In this document: positions 1 through 15,000 of the stretch, piece after piece | Position numbering within the stretch: the stretch's first letter is position 1 | Layout of the letters: every line of letters starts with the position of its first letter | DNA from: Tubiluchus corallicola | Lineage: Eukaryota > Animalia > Priapulida | NCBI GenBank assembly: GCA_030141605.1 | Contig: JAQGDQ010000110.1 | Location: forward strand, 550,361 to 614,360 | Direction: 5' to 3' | DNA length: 64,000 nt | Position numbers and translations under genes: made by a program | The notes under the pieces: model-generated | Databases searched by the model: none | The model's input: the letters and a program-made list of their open reading frames with translations, nothing else | What the model was told of the DNA's origin: nothing

Positions 1-3000
1 CATGGAAACAGATAAAAAGCTCTTGTTAAAATAGGATAATTGCATGCCGAGCACTTGTCCTGTCCTCGCACCACTGTGTACCTGAAAACACATTAAAGGA
101 AAACTGGATGATTTTCCATATACTATCCAATTTTCAAGTCCAATAAAAAATATACATTTTAACACAATTAATACTGTAAAAGCATTTCTGATAATTGATA
201 ATTGAATAATAGATTAAAAACCGAATTAATGTTTGGTTGCATAGGAAACTAACAAATACCAACAAATACGAATAACACTAAAGAATATGATGGAAAATCT
301 TGTCTTGCCATATGATGGTCAAGTTCCACGTAACTGAGGCTGGACTGCATCTACTTGCTTAAGTTTTGTTACTTTCAGTATCCAGAACTCAGAAATTACA
401 TAAGCATGTAAGGTTCAACTAATGATGCTTTCACTTTTGCGTCAAGCGTAATATTTTTGTTATTGAAAGACGATTATACAAGACTTAGATCTGAGTATGC
501 AGCTAATGCTAGTATTTTTCTTTCTTAGTATCCTCACTAGTATTAGCTCGATAAGACTGGGAGGCTATCAAGAAGATGGACAGATCAAAGATGTTTATAT
601 TCCCCCCAAGCAACATTTTCTTCAGGTGTTATATGATACTTTTGTTTTGTTTTGTATTGCTACATGGTTTAGAATAACTCAAAGTCTCCTCGAAGGTTAA
701 ATCTTTTTGTTTTAATAATATCGAACAGCGAATAAATCAAGCCAACTCAATGTTTAAAGGTCAAATACAGCGTACTACACGAAGTTTCATTTTTACAAAA
801 GCAGAAAGAAAATGCTCTAAAATTTTCTGTTACTTTTACTTTTTTCGTGGTGGTTTACATGAGAGAAATCTGGTGTGAAGGAGTCATTTCCAAAGAAAGT
901 CTGAAACTTCATTTTGCATGTTTTGCTCACTAGATGACGTCAATGAAATGCGTGCTATCAAGCATTTGCATTTGACTATCATGTATCAGATTTTGCTGTG
1001 TAGTATTGTTTACAAATCCAGCATCACAGAAACGACATGGTATCCAAAGGACGCCGCTGCTAGTACATTTATTTAGCCTGCGATTCTTCAAAGTTTCCAA
1101 GCAAAACTGAACAAAATGTTTTGGGGCAAAAATGCAACTTCGAGGTCCGATTTCATTATGAAGGAAGCAGAGAAATTTAATTAATTTAGAGTTAAATTTT
1201 CAGTTACAGTTAGTGATTTTTATTAAACAAAACTTGTTTTTACATTAAATTTGACCTTTAAGTTGGATCTGTCTTTGAAAATAATGATAATAAGCAAGTT
1301 CATACTTGTTACGGAATGCTTGTATTTCCGCTCGTATCTCTTGAGCGCTTTCTGTTGCTTCTTCCATTTCCTCTTTCAGCGATTCTATGTGCTTGTTATA
1401 TTCATGCAGTGAGGAGCAGATGGCATCCTACAACAATAAACAATGAACATCGTGAGTTAAAAACAATAACAAAGGCATGAACAAAACAACACAAAAAAAA
1501 TAAATTATTGATTCTTAGGAAAGCCAGTATAAGTAATTACACTGCTGCAAAATGAGCAAAGTTTTCAGTCTGTAATGAAAAACCTGTTTGAAATTAAAGT
1601 TTAGTAGACCCATAACAGTAGTTTTTTGTATCAGAGAGTTAACGTTACATAAACAACTAAATTATAATTTTACATTAATAAGAAACAAATGTCAGTTTCT
1701 AGTTCATGAACCTACTTGACTTATTGATTTTGCAAAAGATAAATGCATGGAAATGTGTTGTATACTTATAATTTGCTCCCCTCTCATTTTATTCCACAGA
1801 TGAGTATTAGTTTATGATTAAATGCATGTGCAACTGTGTATTTAATTATTGTAGAATTTAATTATTTGCTTATTTTTGCTTAGTTTTTAGCTTTTAGCTT
1901 ACTACAATTTATGTTAGACTGGAAATTTGCATAATCTTATTTGCTAATCTCATGCCATGCCATTTAATCAAATTTATTATTTTTAATCTACATAACTTTT
2001 ATGTAGGAGTTTTATTTTTTCAATTTTCATTTGAATTTTGTTTATTTTGATTCATATTATGTTGTACAAGTTAAGGAAAAGAACAAATTATCTATCTGTT
2101 CTATCTATGGTTAAATTTTTTTTGTAAAATGTAGTAAATGCATCTTTATTGTCAAAAATTAACCTCAACTCACCCTACAACTTTATGTGTAAACCATTAT
2201 TACAGCCACAAGCATAACTAACCTTAAAGTGGTCTATTGTAACAAAATCCGGAAAGAATGGTAAAATGTCTTCTATCTTGACAAGATCACACTCATGCAG
2301 AAACTCCATGGCTTTCTTTATATCTTTCTCATCCTCAACGACGTGACGGGCTAAAATGTTCAAAACGATGTTAGTAACAACGGTTCTGAACAGTGAACTG
2401 CTTCGCTGCAGAATCTAACAAGAAATCACACACAATTTCACTTCATTCATTTTAATAGAAAGGGGGTGGGGGTGGCCCAGTGGCACTCGCTGTCGACCTG
2501 GACCATTTTGGGTGGGAACTCCACTCATGTTGGGGTATTTTGAGTCATTTACCATGGGAACACAATTGATTGGCCACCTTTCTAGGCTTACTTAGCCTTA
2601 GTTGAGAACCACGCCATGTAGCGGGAGACAAACTTGACGAAGCAACGGGATAGCCATTTGCCCTTCTTGTATACTGCCATAACGATATACCCCTACTACC
2701 CTCATCTTCTCTAATAATTTCGTTTGCTTAATTCAGTGCCCTCACCAAGTACAGAAGTATGTAAAAGTAAACTAAATGTGATCCCAGTCTACAATATGAC
2801 AGGTCACATCACAGTATGATCAGCGACATTATTAACTTATCCATAGATGAATTTTTAAATACAACAGACGTTACACACAAAACACCAGCTGATCTGACAA
2901 GTCATTTACAGTGTATAAGACATTGGATTTAAAATTGAATTCTCTTACCTATCTTCAGCCACAACTTCTTTCTCAATTCAACATCCTCTTCTGGTTTATC

Positions 3001-6000
3001 AGCATTGAGTTTAGCTAAGTCAATATCATTTTCCTAAAATAACCAGTCATTTCATTGACTACAAATGAACTTTTACTTAGTTGCAGTGGTGATGTAAAAA
3101 TATGAAGAAATCAGAAAAGTAAACATCTAATAAAAGGTAGAAAGCATTTGATGACTTTTTCAAAAATAAAAGCAAAATTTACTCATAAATGAAACTACAC
3201 TTTACTTAAGTGAATATTTTTTTATCATTTTTACTGAATATTAATCAAATGCAATCATGTAACTTCCTGCAAGCTAAAATATAAAAAGCTGTTTTGGGTT
3301 ACTGACATTCAAAGTAACTCTATAACGAGGTCTGTTGTTGTCTTTTTTGTTCTTCATGTAACAGTCTTTAATACTGTGAAGTCACAATAGAGTTACTCAT
3401 TGTTATTCTAAATTTTTAGGAAAAAGGAATTCCGTGACAGAGATAAATTGGTGTTTGAAATGACGTAATAAGTAAGTAACCCAATGCTTCACATCTCAGA
3501 CTCAGACTTGGTGTTGTATGAAACCAACTCAAATTATTTAGTAACACATTACCATTCAGTTGTAAACCGAATGCACTTATATTTAGAGGCTGAAGCTGAG
3601 TCAGTTGCTACTACATCAGCTGACTCATACAGTAAATCAGCTAGCTCGGCTGAAGCTGAGTCAGTTGCTATTACATCAGCTGACTCACACACTAAATCAG
3701 CTAGCTGAGCTGAGGATGACCGACTTTTCAGCTGAGTTGGCTTAAAGAAAAAATCAGCGAAGTCAGTTAAATTTTTGTTAACTAAAGAAATGATAAATTG
3801 CTAGTTAACTGTTAAATTATCGATGGATTTATTGCAAATATTCAGTAGTACCTCTGTTTTTTACCATAATTCGTTCCTAAAAAGTGTTTGAAAACCGACT
3901 TGGTTGAGTACTGAATCATTTATTCTCATAAGAAATAATGTAAAAGCAAATAATTTGTTCTGAAGCACCAAATGAACTGTAAAGTATTACTAAAATGAAA
4001 TATAATAATGTAATAATGTTTATTTAAAAAGTAGATATGATATAATTGATAAGAAAAACATAATAGAATTACTTAGAAAGAAAAACATAATTGTTTCTGC
4101 ATGGAAAAAGCGGAGAAAAATAAGCGTAGAAAGCACTTGGCGATGTTAGGCGAGTCAAATGTTGTGCGTGACTACTCTCGGGTGTGATCGGTTACGCTCG
4201 GCTCTACTCGGCTCGCCGCACATGCATTCATTATGTGTTTGGCTGTTGGTCAAGTACAGAAATTCTGGTCGAGCGCGGAGACAATTTCAGCTCGAATTTT
4301 CCGGTCGAAAACCGATTTGTATGAGCACGGAGACAGTCGACAATGGAGGTATGACTGTAATTTAAATCCAACTCTTGGGGAAGCTTATCTTGATTACCGA
4401 CGAGTCAATACCAAAACACCAAAATGATCCCATACGTGTGACTAACATTGCCCATTTTAATTTTGAATTGACCAGCTTTCTCCTTCAAAAATTTCTAAAG
4501 TTTAGTATCCCTGTCAGTACACGCACAATCTGACCGTGAATCTACTGGGCTCTACTGACTGATTTAAAAACACGGCCAGGCTACAAAAAAATAATCATTG
4601 CAAATGTAAAATATTGCAAGTGTTACCAGTGCAGCACTCTATCATTTTATGTTTTTATGATATAGGATTTGTTAATATATATTCAGTGTAACTGTTTGTA
4701 CCTTTAATGCTAATTCCACTGCCTCTTCATAAAGCCCCATGATTGTGTAGATATAAACACAAGCCTCATGATGTTTGTGTTCCGTCACAACTCGTAATGC
4801 ATACTTCAGATCATATGAGACCTTCTCCGGGACCTATGTAGAGAAAAGTTTAAGCTGTGAATTTACACGGCTGAAAGAAAATTCTAGATAACCTTGCAGC
4901 CACGAACTGCACACAAGAAACACAAAACACATTCAAAGATAAACAGGTTCTTTAACATTTTTTGAAAATTTTATCATTATAGACATCATAATATGATTTA
5001 CTTTAATTCGGTTCAGTTTACTTTACATAACATGATTTACTTTAATTCAACTCAATATACAAGTGAAAAAAAGTAGTATCGTTTTTATTATATTACACAT
5101 TTTAAAGAATTTAGAGACATTGGTGAATACATGTGATAATAACAAATCAGTAAAATACTATAAAACATCTGTAGTGCAAGCATGTGATGCTTTTAAAAAA
5201 ATCTACAACAGCTTAATATTGTCTTTCATTTGGTTTAAGCAAATCAACCTTTTGTCTTGACATTTTGACAAAAAGCAGAGTAGTCAAGATCCAAGATTCA
5301 CAGCCAAAATTATGCAACTTTAAACCTGAACAGCAACTGGAAGGATGACCACCTAAAAACTGTCTCCGAGAAATTTAACCAGCATACTGCCACAGCTATT
5401 TACACTGTTAAAGAATGTACATGCACCCGAATATGACAAAGACATCTTTGCAAATTCATTGATAGCTTTTAGAGAATTATGTTTAACAGTGACTAATGAA
5501 TAAAGCTCTGGTGTTCAACAAGATTCGACACAAGTTAACCACTGCTGCTAAACGCCAAAATGTATAAAAAAGCAATTCATCATTTTCTAGATATTACCAA
5601 TTTCATAATAAATTTACAAAGCAGTTTTTTTGGTATTACACAAACACGACCAATTTACAATTTCAACACTACAGAAAAATTATAAACACAAAAAAGTGAT
5701 TAATAGGTACAAGGTTTTGGAACAGTTATTTCCTGTATCTAAATTCTAGAATAATTACAAAATAAGCCAAGCGCAGCATAAAACCAGAGCCAAATTTGAG
5801 AAAACGAATCCCTACAGCAAAAATTGTGCCACCAAATTTACCTGTCCTTGAAATCGCAGGTAGGTCATCAGTTTATCAGGTGCAAGTTTAGCATACAGTG
5901 AAAGCAGATAATTGTGTATAGCTTGTTCCTCGTTGTGCAGAATTTCAACGCAGAATTCAAGGTATCGAATTGTTTCCTTGCCTTGTTCTTTCTCCTGCAG

Positions 6001-9000
6001 CAAAACAAAAATGCATTTGTAGTCTTTTTTAAAAAATGTGTGCACGTCTAAACACAGCTAAGATTGACCTCTTACTTTTATTTAAAGCAAAACCGGACAC
6101 AATCATAAACTGTAAGTCAAAACAATATATTCTAAAATATTGAAAGGAAACAAACTATTTTTTAAAAATGACTTACGTGAAAGAATTATTACCACGCAAA
6201 CACAATTTCGCGTTTGCGCCACTAGTTCTTCGCTGTTACATGCATTTCGCCATTCGCTGGTTAGACGGACACTAGCGCCTGCATTTCGGAAAACCATTGC
6301 ACAAAAACAGGTGCTGAACCTCTTAGTTCAGATGTGTTAGTTTATGACGAACTCCAGACGTTCGACAACTCATGCGCGAGCACAACGGTAAATGTGAAAT
6401 CTGAATTGTTATCTTAAAACTTGCTTTAGTCTTAGTACAACACAATGAGTATATTACAGTAGCACTGTGCTTCAATTTTCGCTTTCGCAAACACGTGCAA
6501 TTTTGTGGAATATTTTGGCTGTTGAAAATTATGTTAGTTTGTGATGTCCTCAATAGTTGGGCTCGCCCGTTGTTAATTGAATTTTTAATCCATAATTTAA
6601 TGATCAAAAACACTTTTGCAATATTAATTGTGTTCGAATGCATACTTTTTATCGGATTTTAAAGTGGGGTAGTATATGAAAAATCATCCCGTCTTCTTTT
6701 AAGATGCTATTTTGAATATGTTATGAGTTTATCACTTGGATGGCTAGTTGCGATGGTGAGGTCAGAGTTATGGTAAGACATGAATTTGTGTTAACTTGCC
6801 CCGAACTTAACATTGCGCAAGCAGGTCTATCTTGCTTTAGAAATAACATTCTAAAGAACACATGAACAAAAAACAACAATTATTCTTGCACGACAACACA
6901 TACCTGAAGATTCGCTTCAGCCAATTTAAAATTAAGAATGATATCATAACTAAAGGTGGTTAGAATAAATTAAAACTGTCTAAAAAACTGCAGTGTCATT
7001 AAATTATGAAAATAAAGTGCACATTGAAAATGTGAACAATAAACAAATAATCTTGTCATCTATCCTAATATCTACTATATTTATTACAAAGTAATTAATA
7101 AACTGTTTGATCAGCCAAACCTATGTTATAATATTAAATAGTATGTAAGTTACGTAAGAGTAATGCAAAACAGATTTGGTTTAACATGCGTGGTCTCCTT
7201 GAGGAGAGGTTTGATAAAGACCATAAAAGTTGCCTATTGTATCACCACTTAATCAACATGTTACTTGCTGATTACAACGAAACTGCAGTTCCATAAAATA
7301 GCTCATGGTAGTTATACATTCAATACATGTATACAAATGGGTTACCTTAGCTGCATGGCTACAACAAAAATTTGGAGTTTGATTAATTATGAATAGATAC
7401 CATGTATATGTCAGCAGCTGACATATGACAGTTGTTAGTAACAATATCTTTAGTCGCTAGACAAAAATGATAAATTTTTAATTTTATCAATTCCCAATTC
7501 ATCATAACGTATGCATGAACATCATTCCACAGTAGGTAGCAAGTGTATTCATACGCACGGAAAATTTGCAGAAAATTTATTCCAATCATGCCTGCACTAG
7601 AGAAGTTGAAAGAGTTTGCAGAAAATGCTTCTATGCACGGAGTAGGGAGTATTAGTAGATCTAAGTCGATAATTCGTCGCATCATCTGGTCTCTTCTGAC
7701 TATTGCATCAGCTGTGTTCATCATGTATGTCCTTATTGTTCTACTCACTCAGTATTTCTCTTACAACATTGTAAAGCAAATGAGTAGCGAGTACCGGGAA
7801 GCTATTGTCTTTCCCGCTGTTACCATTTGTAATGCTAATGTGGAACACTCTGGTCACCTTCACGACGCCATAACTCTGGGTTACGAAAATTACAGCCAGA
7901 ACACGAAGGTACCTTGCAATTTCGCTGATATCTGCACTGAAAGTGATGAAGGATGTGAAATCGTAGGTAAGGTGGATGCCACTGGGTTTTTAAACGAATG
8001 TACAATTGGCGGAACAACAGATTTTTTGCCGAATATTACGCATTATTACAATGGACACTGGTTGAACGAAATGATCTCCGAGTGCAAACTTGGTAACAAA
8101 CAGAACGTGCAAAATGACAAGATTTGCCGCCTGTCTCAGAGGTTTACCCACCACATTCTTGGAAACTGCTTTACAATCTTCATTTCAGACAAGCCTGATG
8201 CAAAACTGCCATACATGACCATGTCATTAGATGGCACAAGCAAACTAAAGATGGTCGTTAATGTAGGGCTTGAGCACTACAGTATTCTTTCTCGCTATTG
8301 GCACTACAGACAGGCTGGCATATCATATGCCATTCACCCACCACAATACATGCCGGTGGTGCCATCAGAATTTAACTTTGCACTCATTGGAACACACCTG
8401 CGCAGTACAGTTCAAATCACTGAATCTAATTTGGAACCGGGTGCTGGCAACTGCACGCCAGATTCTGACCTCGACAAGAAAAATGATGCTTATAAGACTC
8501 AGTTTGGAGTAAGTTATCAACAGAAAACTTGTCTGATCACATGTCTGCAAAGCTACGTGGTCAAATATTGTGGATGTGAACCTGGTCTGGCACCAAGAAC
8601 AACAGCATCCAACCTGATAAGCTGTGACACCAAATGCCAGACACCGGTCAGTGGCTTTGATGCTGACCTGTGTTGTCAAGAAGACTATACAACGGTCACC
8701 ATAGCAGAAGCAAAATGCGACTGCCCACAAAGCTGCCATATTGTCTATTATGACATCAGCACAGATCGTTTTGGAGAAGGCTCATGGAACAAGAAAGAAA
8801 TAGTGAAATCACTGGTAGCGAGCTCAATTGTGAATGAATTCAACGCTACTGATTCTGATGAAATTGGCCCAGACAATATCCACTATAACGACATTGTCAC
8901 AGCCCTTGAATCTGTTGGCTGTAATCTGACGCTTGAAGACTGCTTTCCTCTGAACATGTCCATTTATGATCACTCAAGTTACCACAACTATTTGACCGAC

Positions 9001-12000
9001 ATCAAACATCCACATTCTGAATACACGGCTGTGGTCACTCTAGAAGTCGCTCTGTCCCCAAATCCTGTGACTGTAATCAAAGATGTCTACGAGTATTCTC
9101 TGCTGCAGCTAGGAGCAGAATTTGGCGGACTCGCTGGCCTGTATTTGGGCTTCTCAATACTTGGAATGATAGAAGTTTTAGAGTTGGTTATAGATCTGAT
9201 CAGTGCACCTTTTGGACATGGCAATGACAGAAAAGACGAGGTTAAGAACATTAACGTGAATTGATCGGGTAAAAATGAAAATCTTACTAGAAATGATAAC
9301 AACTTGTCAACTTTGAACCACCTGCCATCAGATAATAAACTCAGAGAATGGTAAATTATTCCACAAAATGCAGAATTTGGCCGATCTAGCTTTTTGGCAA
9401 TAAATTGACTGGGAGCAAGTCAGTCGTACTGTTGACCATTAGTAGTAGTGCAGAAGCTTTTTATCCTTAAAACCACATAAAAGCTGATGGTATTGCAAAC
9501 TATGATTTTATCACACAGTGTTTATTTTACCAGAAACATCATTTATAATTTTCTGACTTTGTCTGAGTTACTTTATCTGTTTTTAGGACCAGGCTTTAAT
9601 GCGTTGAAGGCAGCACATGTGCAATTTGCATGATTCACACTCTGTGCCGGCATATAAGTTCCTGTTAAACGGCGAAAATTGTAAAAAAATTATAGCAAAT
9701 AAAAAAAATGGTATTTATGCACAGTTTTCATGCATTAATGCTGTCAAATATCAAGCAAGTAGATCCTTTCTTAAAGTTGGTAGATAAATCCCAAATGCTG
9801 TTGTTGCTTGTGAGATGGGAAGGAAGCTACCGGCTCATAGACAATGGTTATGTGTTTTTCGTTCCTAGAACCGTATGAGAAAGATAGAAGACAGAAGATT
9901 AAATGAACACGTCTTTATATGAGCGACTAATAAGACTCAAACTGGCTGTAAAAATTGCGTGGATCAAACTACGTCATTTGTCTGTAATATTTGCCCAGAG
10001 GAAGAATTTAACATACTTTCCATAAGACGGAGGCAAATTGCGAATGCGCCCACTGACTATTATGAAAATTTCTAGCTAGAAAATGTTAATAAAGAAGGTG
10101 GCGGAACAGGGAGAAACAAGCTCAGGATGTACAAACTCTTTAAAAGGAAATTTATCGTAGAAAAATATACAATCTGTATCATGTTAAACAATAGGAATGT
10201 ACTTGCAAAATTTAGATGTGGTGTTGCTCAAATTCGATTGGAAACTGGAAGATATAAGGGCTTACCTGAAGACTAGAAACTGCGTTTGCTTTGTAACATT
10301 AACAGTTTCAAGTCTGAGTTGCATGTTTTGACCGAGTGTGAACTTTATCAAGATATTAGGCATTGTCTATATACAACTGTAATTAGAAAAAAATGAACAC
10401 TTTCGTACAATGAACAATGTTAAGAAAATGTGTTTCCTGCTGGGTTCAGGTTTGATAGTTTATGAAACTGTGGCCTTGTAATAAAATCTTGTTACAAAGG
10501 AATCAGCTAGTGCATCATAATCATTAGTAATGGCTCGCTTATGTCTTCTTTCTTTAAAAGTTAATGTGTTTATTGGTGTTTTTTAGTATGACTGACTGTA
10601 TAGTTTTTAACAGTCTCATAACTCTAAATGAGTGGCTCATTTTCAGTGTCTAATTAATAATGCTTTTGTTTGTACGGTATATGAGGTGAGGCTTAAATAA
10701 AACAATAAAATCCAAAAAAATGACTACAGCTTAATGGGAAAAAATTTCTGTAACACATTTATACTGCGGTCAATGTTTATATTTTCTGGACAGATTTAAG
10801 TATTTTCTGCAATATAAGCAGCTAGTTATTTTACCAACTAAGCCTACCAAATGTTTTGCATTACAAAGAAAACTGTGTGTTGTTCTTGCATGATCAATCA
10901 ACACTGTAGTTCTGACTTGTTGTAACCCTACTTTTTACAGTGTGTAAGCATCTTTTCTTTAGCACTTTTAGTTAAATTACCATTAATAATAAGGTAAAAA
11001 CCATTCACTAATTAATTTCTGCGTTACTCTAGACTCGGATAACCCAAATAACAAAACTTTACAGCGTCATACATGGTTAACAAAATCATACCATTTCTGA
11101 GGTGGCAAGCCTCCCGCTCAGTTCCATCTCATTCTGTACGAGGGCGGGTATCAGACGACTCGGACTCAGACGTCCCTTCTGCTCTATCCAAGCATCAACT
11201 GTCTGGTGAGGAATGGTCTCCATCAGTATGGGAGAGTACTTGTAGAACAATTCTGCCATGTTGGAATGACTAGTCTTCAGAATAGTTAATGCTTCTTCAT
11301 AAGATTTGTGCTGTATGTGGTAGCGAATCACACGCTCATAGTCTGGTTAAAGAGAAATATTTTCATTTAAATATTATTATAAAAATTTAAACAACAACTG
11401 TTTGGTTCCTGAAATACCATAAATGTTCTACATTATTTTATATGTTGTTTCACAAACTACTTTGAAAAAATGTTTATAGATTCAGAGTAAAGTCTGAAAA
11501 CTTGTGTGCCTCTGAGGTGTAGTGGTTAGCATACCTGCCAGGATAGCAGAAAGCCTGGGTTCGAATACCAGTGGAGTGCAAAACTTTTTCAAACTTTCTA
11601 ATTCAGTATTGCTTTTGGGTGTTTATACAATTATTTTTACACAATCATTATTTTATATTAAAAGTAAAGCCAAGTTTATTGCAAGCTATTCAGTACTCTC
11701 ACACCTACTTCAGAGATACTCCCTCTATATGGCAACAAAGGCAACTAGCATACACATACATAATTTCAAAGTTGGTAAGCAGACATGTATAATGAATAAT
11801 GCAAGATGCAGCCACATCAATGCATGGGACATCACGCACCTTTCTAGTTGGTAATTCCACGTTTAATTTTAATGAAAGAAAAAGAAAGCGAAAAGCAGTC
11901 ATTTGAGTTACGGATCTTCGAGCGATAAGCCATTACCTTCATCACTAAATGACGCAGATTCAATTGTTGCTTTAGTAGTAGTCTTTAGCTTCTCTTTACA

Positions 12001-15000
12001 TTTGCTTTATTTTCCTCAAAATTACTGTACAATTAATCCATGTAAAATTGCACCGAGTGAAAATCTGCTGATTGTAATGTACGATGACAAATGTATCAAG
12101 TACTGCAAGTTCCGATTTCACTTTTTTTATCCTATTTTACATTAGTGAATTTTCATTAAAGGTCTTAAAAAAGATAACTGATTCCATTTGAAACGCGTTA
12201 AAACGATAACGATTAAAAATATGTAATTTTTACACACATCATTGTTTTTACTATTCATCAAAATGAACTCATTATTTTCACTGTATAATTAATAATATTA
12301 AAAATAAACTACAATTCAATTCTGCCTGTGTTTGCAAGAAAAAAGTTGTTTTTTTAGGACAGTGCATCAATTTTTTTTTCAATTCTTTACAATCTCCACT
12401 CTATAAAAGGACTCACCTTCCATTAATGATGCAAAGAACACAAGGTTTTCAGAGTCTCCGTGGCTGGCTATCAAATCATACAGTATGCTGCGATTCTGAC
12501 TTACGCAGTCCTGCAAGTTTAAATCCGTTTTCTACAACATTCATCACTAGATGGCACTATACGCATGTAAAATGCATGCATAATCGTTCAGTTAAGATGA
12601 TGTGACAGTTTCAAACACTGTTGCTCTAAGTAAAATGGATGAATTATCGTGTAGATTTTAGATTTCCATTAGTATATGTGAGAACTAATGCAAATGTAGA
12701 GCATTAACAAATAGTTTAAAAGTAAAATGCTAAAACTCTCAAAATAGTTTGATGCTTGTAGAAGAAATTCATACTATGCAAATAACGACAGCATTAAAAA
12801 GTTACTTTAGATAGGAATACTTTAAGCAGGTAATATCATTACAAGAATAAACTTGTTTGCATTTATTTTCACACTTCAGCACTTCTCACTTTGCAGTAGT
12901 AATAAATATATTTGATTGCAAAAAATCTGGTTATAACCCAATTTTCTACAATCGGATGGTAAAAAAATTGGTTATAACCAGATTTATTTATAATCGGATG
13001 GCACAAAATTTGGTTATAAGCAGATTTTTTTATAATTGGGTGGCAAAAAATTTGGTTATAAACAGATTTTTTATAATATGATATCATGGGCCTAATATGC
13101 TTTTGCACGTCCCAGCTTACTTTTACTTTCAAATTGCTAAGAAAGTCTCGAAAGTCATCCTGCAGCATTTTGTAATCCGGACTGAGGGACAAACCTTGCT
13201 CTCTCAATTCTCCCAACTGATTCAGATAAATTTCTATCAACCAGGTTACCAATAGAGTCATCTGGGTTTTTTCCTGGGGAAAACAGCACAGAAGAGAAAA
13301 TCAGACAGTGTTTAAATGAATGGAACTTACAATAATTTTAAAACATGTCATTTATATTAACAACAAAATGCTCACTGCTTATATTATTTAAAATTCAAAC
13401 AATAAATTTAAATTGATACGATACACGGCAAGAAAAATTGCTATACAAAAAACACCAATGCAAATGTCTTACATGCACTTTGATAGAAGAAAGTTTACGG
13501 AGTAAAAATGTTTTCAGCGCGTCTTGTTCTTCAACTTGAATAAACTTCAGCGCTACTTCTTCAAACGAAGCTCGTGTCTGTGCATAATACTTTGCAGCCT
13601 CTTGGTAACTAATGAAAGCACAATGAAAAACATTACAACATAACCAATACCATTACTAATGTATATAAATGCACGAACAAAAACGTAAGACTGTTTGGGA
13701 AAAGTGAATTGATAATGTGAACGATATGTTGCAAGTTCTGATTGACCATAGACATGAACGTACTCACTTGCTCTTGTTAAAGAAATGCTCGGCTTGCTTT
13801 GTTAACACTTGATCAAAGTTTGCTTGATTGTCCTACAGAGAAGTTGACCGAAAAGTAAAATGTTTAATAATGTCGTTGGCAAAGAGATAAACTATGGATA
13901 TCTGAATGATCGCTCATAATTGATAATTATCCACTAAGATAATTAAACACTGGATGCAAATGAATCTAACAAATCAAATATCAGACAGTTCGCTCACTAG
14001 GATTAAACAGAAGGCTTTTGTGAAATTTGTTGGCACAAACAACTTTTTTCTGAAAATTGTATTTTTTATAGCATATATTGGGATAAAATAGCATAGCTTT
14101 AGAGTATCACAAAAGTAAGGTGACATTATTAACAAATGCCATTGAACAATTAAATTGTTTGTGCACATTATTCTCCAACGAATTCTCAAGCTTGTGAAAA
14201 TGCAATGCTTAGTTACAGTGCATAACTTGAGATTGATTCTTCAGATTGTAATAATTAATAAAATACGTTGTTCAGTGTTAAAAAAAGATTTACAATTACA
14301 CAGTTTAAGTGACGACAATTCCTTAGGTGAAATACTCACCTTACTGTAAAGCTTTGCCAAATCATATTCTCCAGCCTTCAGGTACATTTGCCAAACATCT
14401 CTAAAAAGTAACGCAATTAGGTACATCAGTACAACAAAAATCATAGACAGATTCATGGATGTTTTTAATGAAGAATTCTACCTTTATTCTATCTTACAAA
14501 ACAGATATCTTGAATCTCATTACGAATTTCTTCTTCAGTGTTTATGTGAGCAACATGGCACATCTTGAATGAAAGATTGTAGAACTATCCTAGAGAAAAT
14601 ACAAAAAGTGCCATCCCACCGAGGAGGAAACCCATAATGGGTTTCGAAATATCTGTTTTGTAAGACAGAATAAAAGTAAATTTCTTCGTAAAAACTTTGT
14701 TGATTTTTGTTGTATTGACATGCCAAATTGATTAAAATCTTAGGAACATCAAGTTATAAACTTACAAACAGATAAAGATCAATAGTTTGAAAGAACTTTT
14801 TAATAGTACACCAAAAATTTTAATGACAACAATCTAGCCTATATTCTACTGGTGTTTTAACCATTAATGACTACAATTTTAAATATCAAAGTGATATAGG
14901 CTATTCACTATAAACTACACTAGTTATTTTCCAACAAGATGCATTTCACCTTTCTTCCTTGACAATTTTATACTTGAAGACAGCTGAGTCAGTGTAAGCC

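Noticed and set aside
3484-3708. Short ORF-track entries such as this repeat-encoded one, 15388-15723, 32403-32603 and 36119-36391
   Set aside because: They arise from tandem repeats, microsatellites, AT-rich sequence or the opposite strand of real genes, and have no recognisable motifs.
12925-13078. Regular repeats resembling a CRISPR array (also 55434-55575)
   Set aside because: Head-to-tail minisatellites without unique spacers, in eukaryotic DNA with no cas genes.
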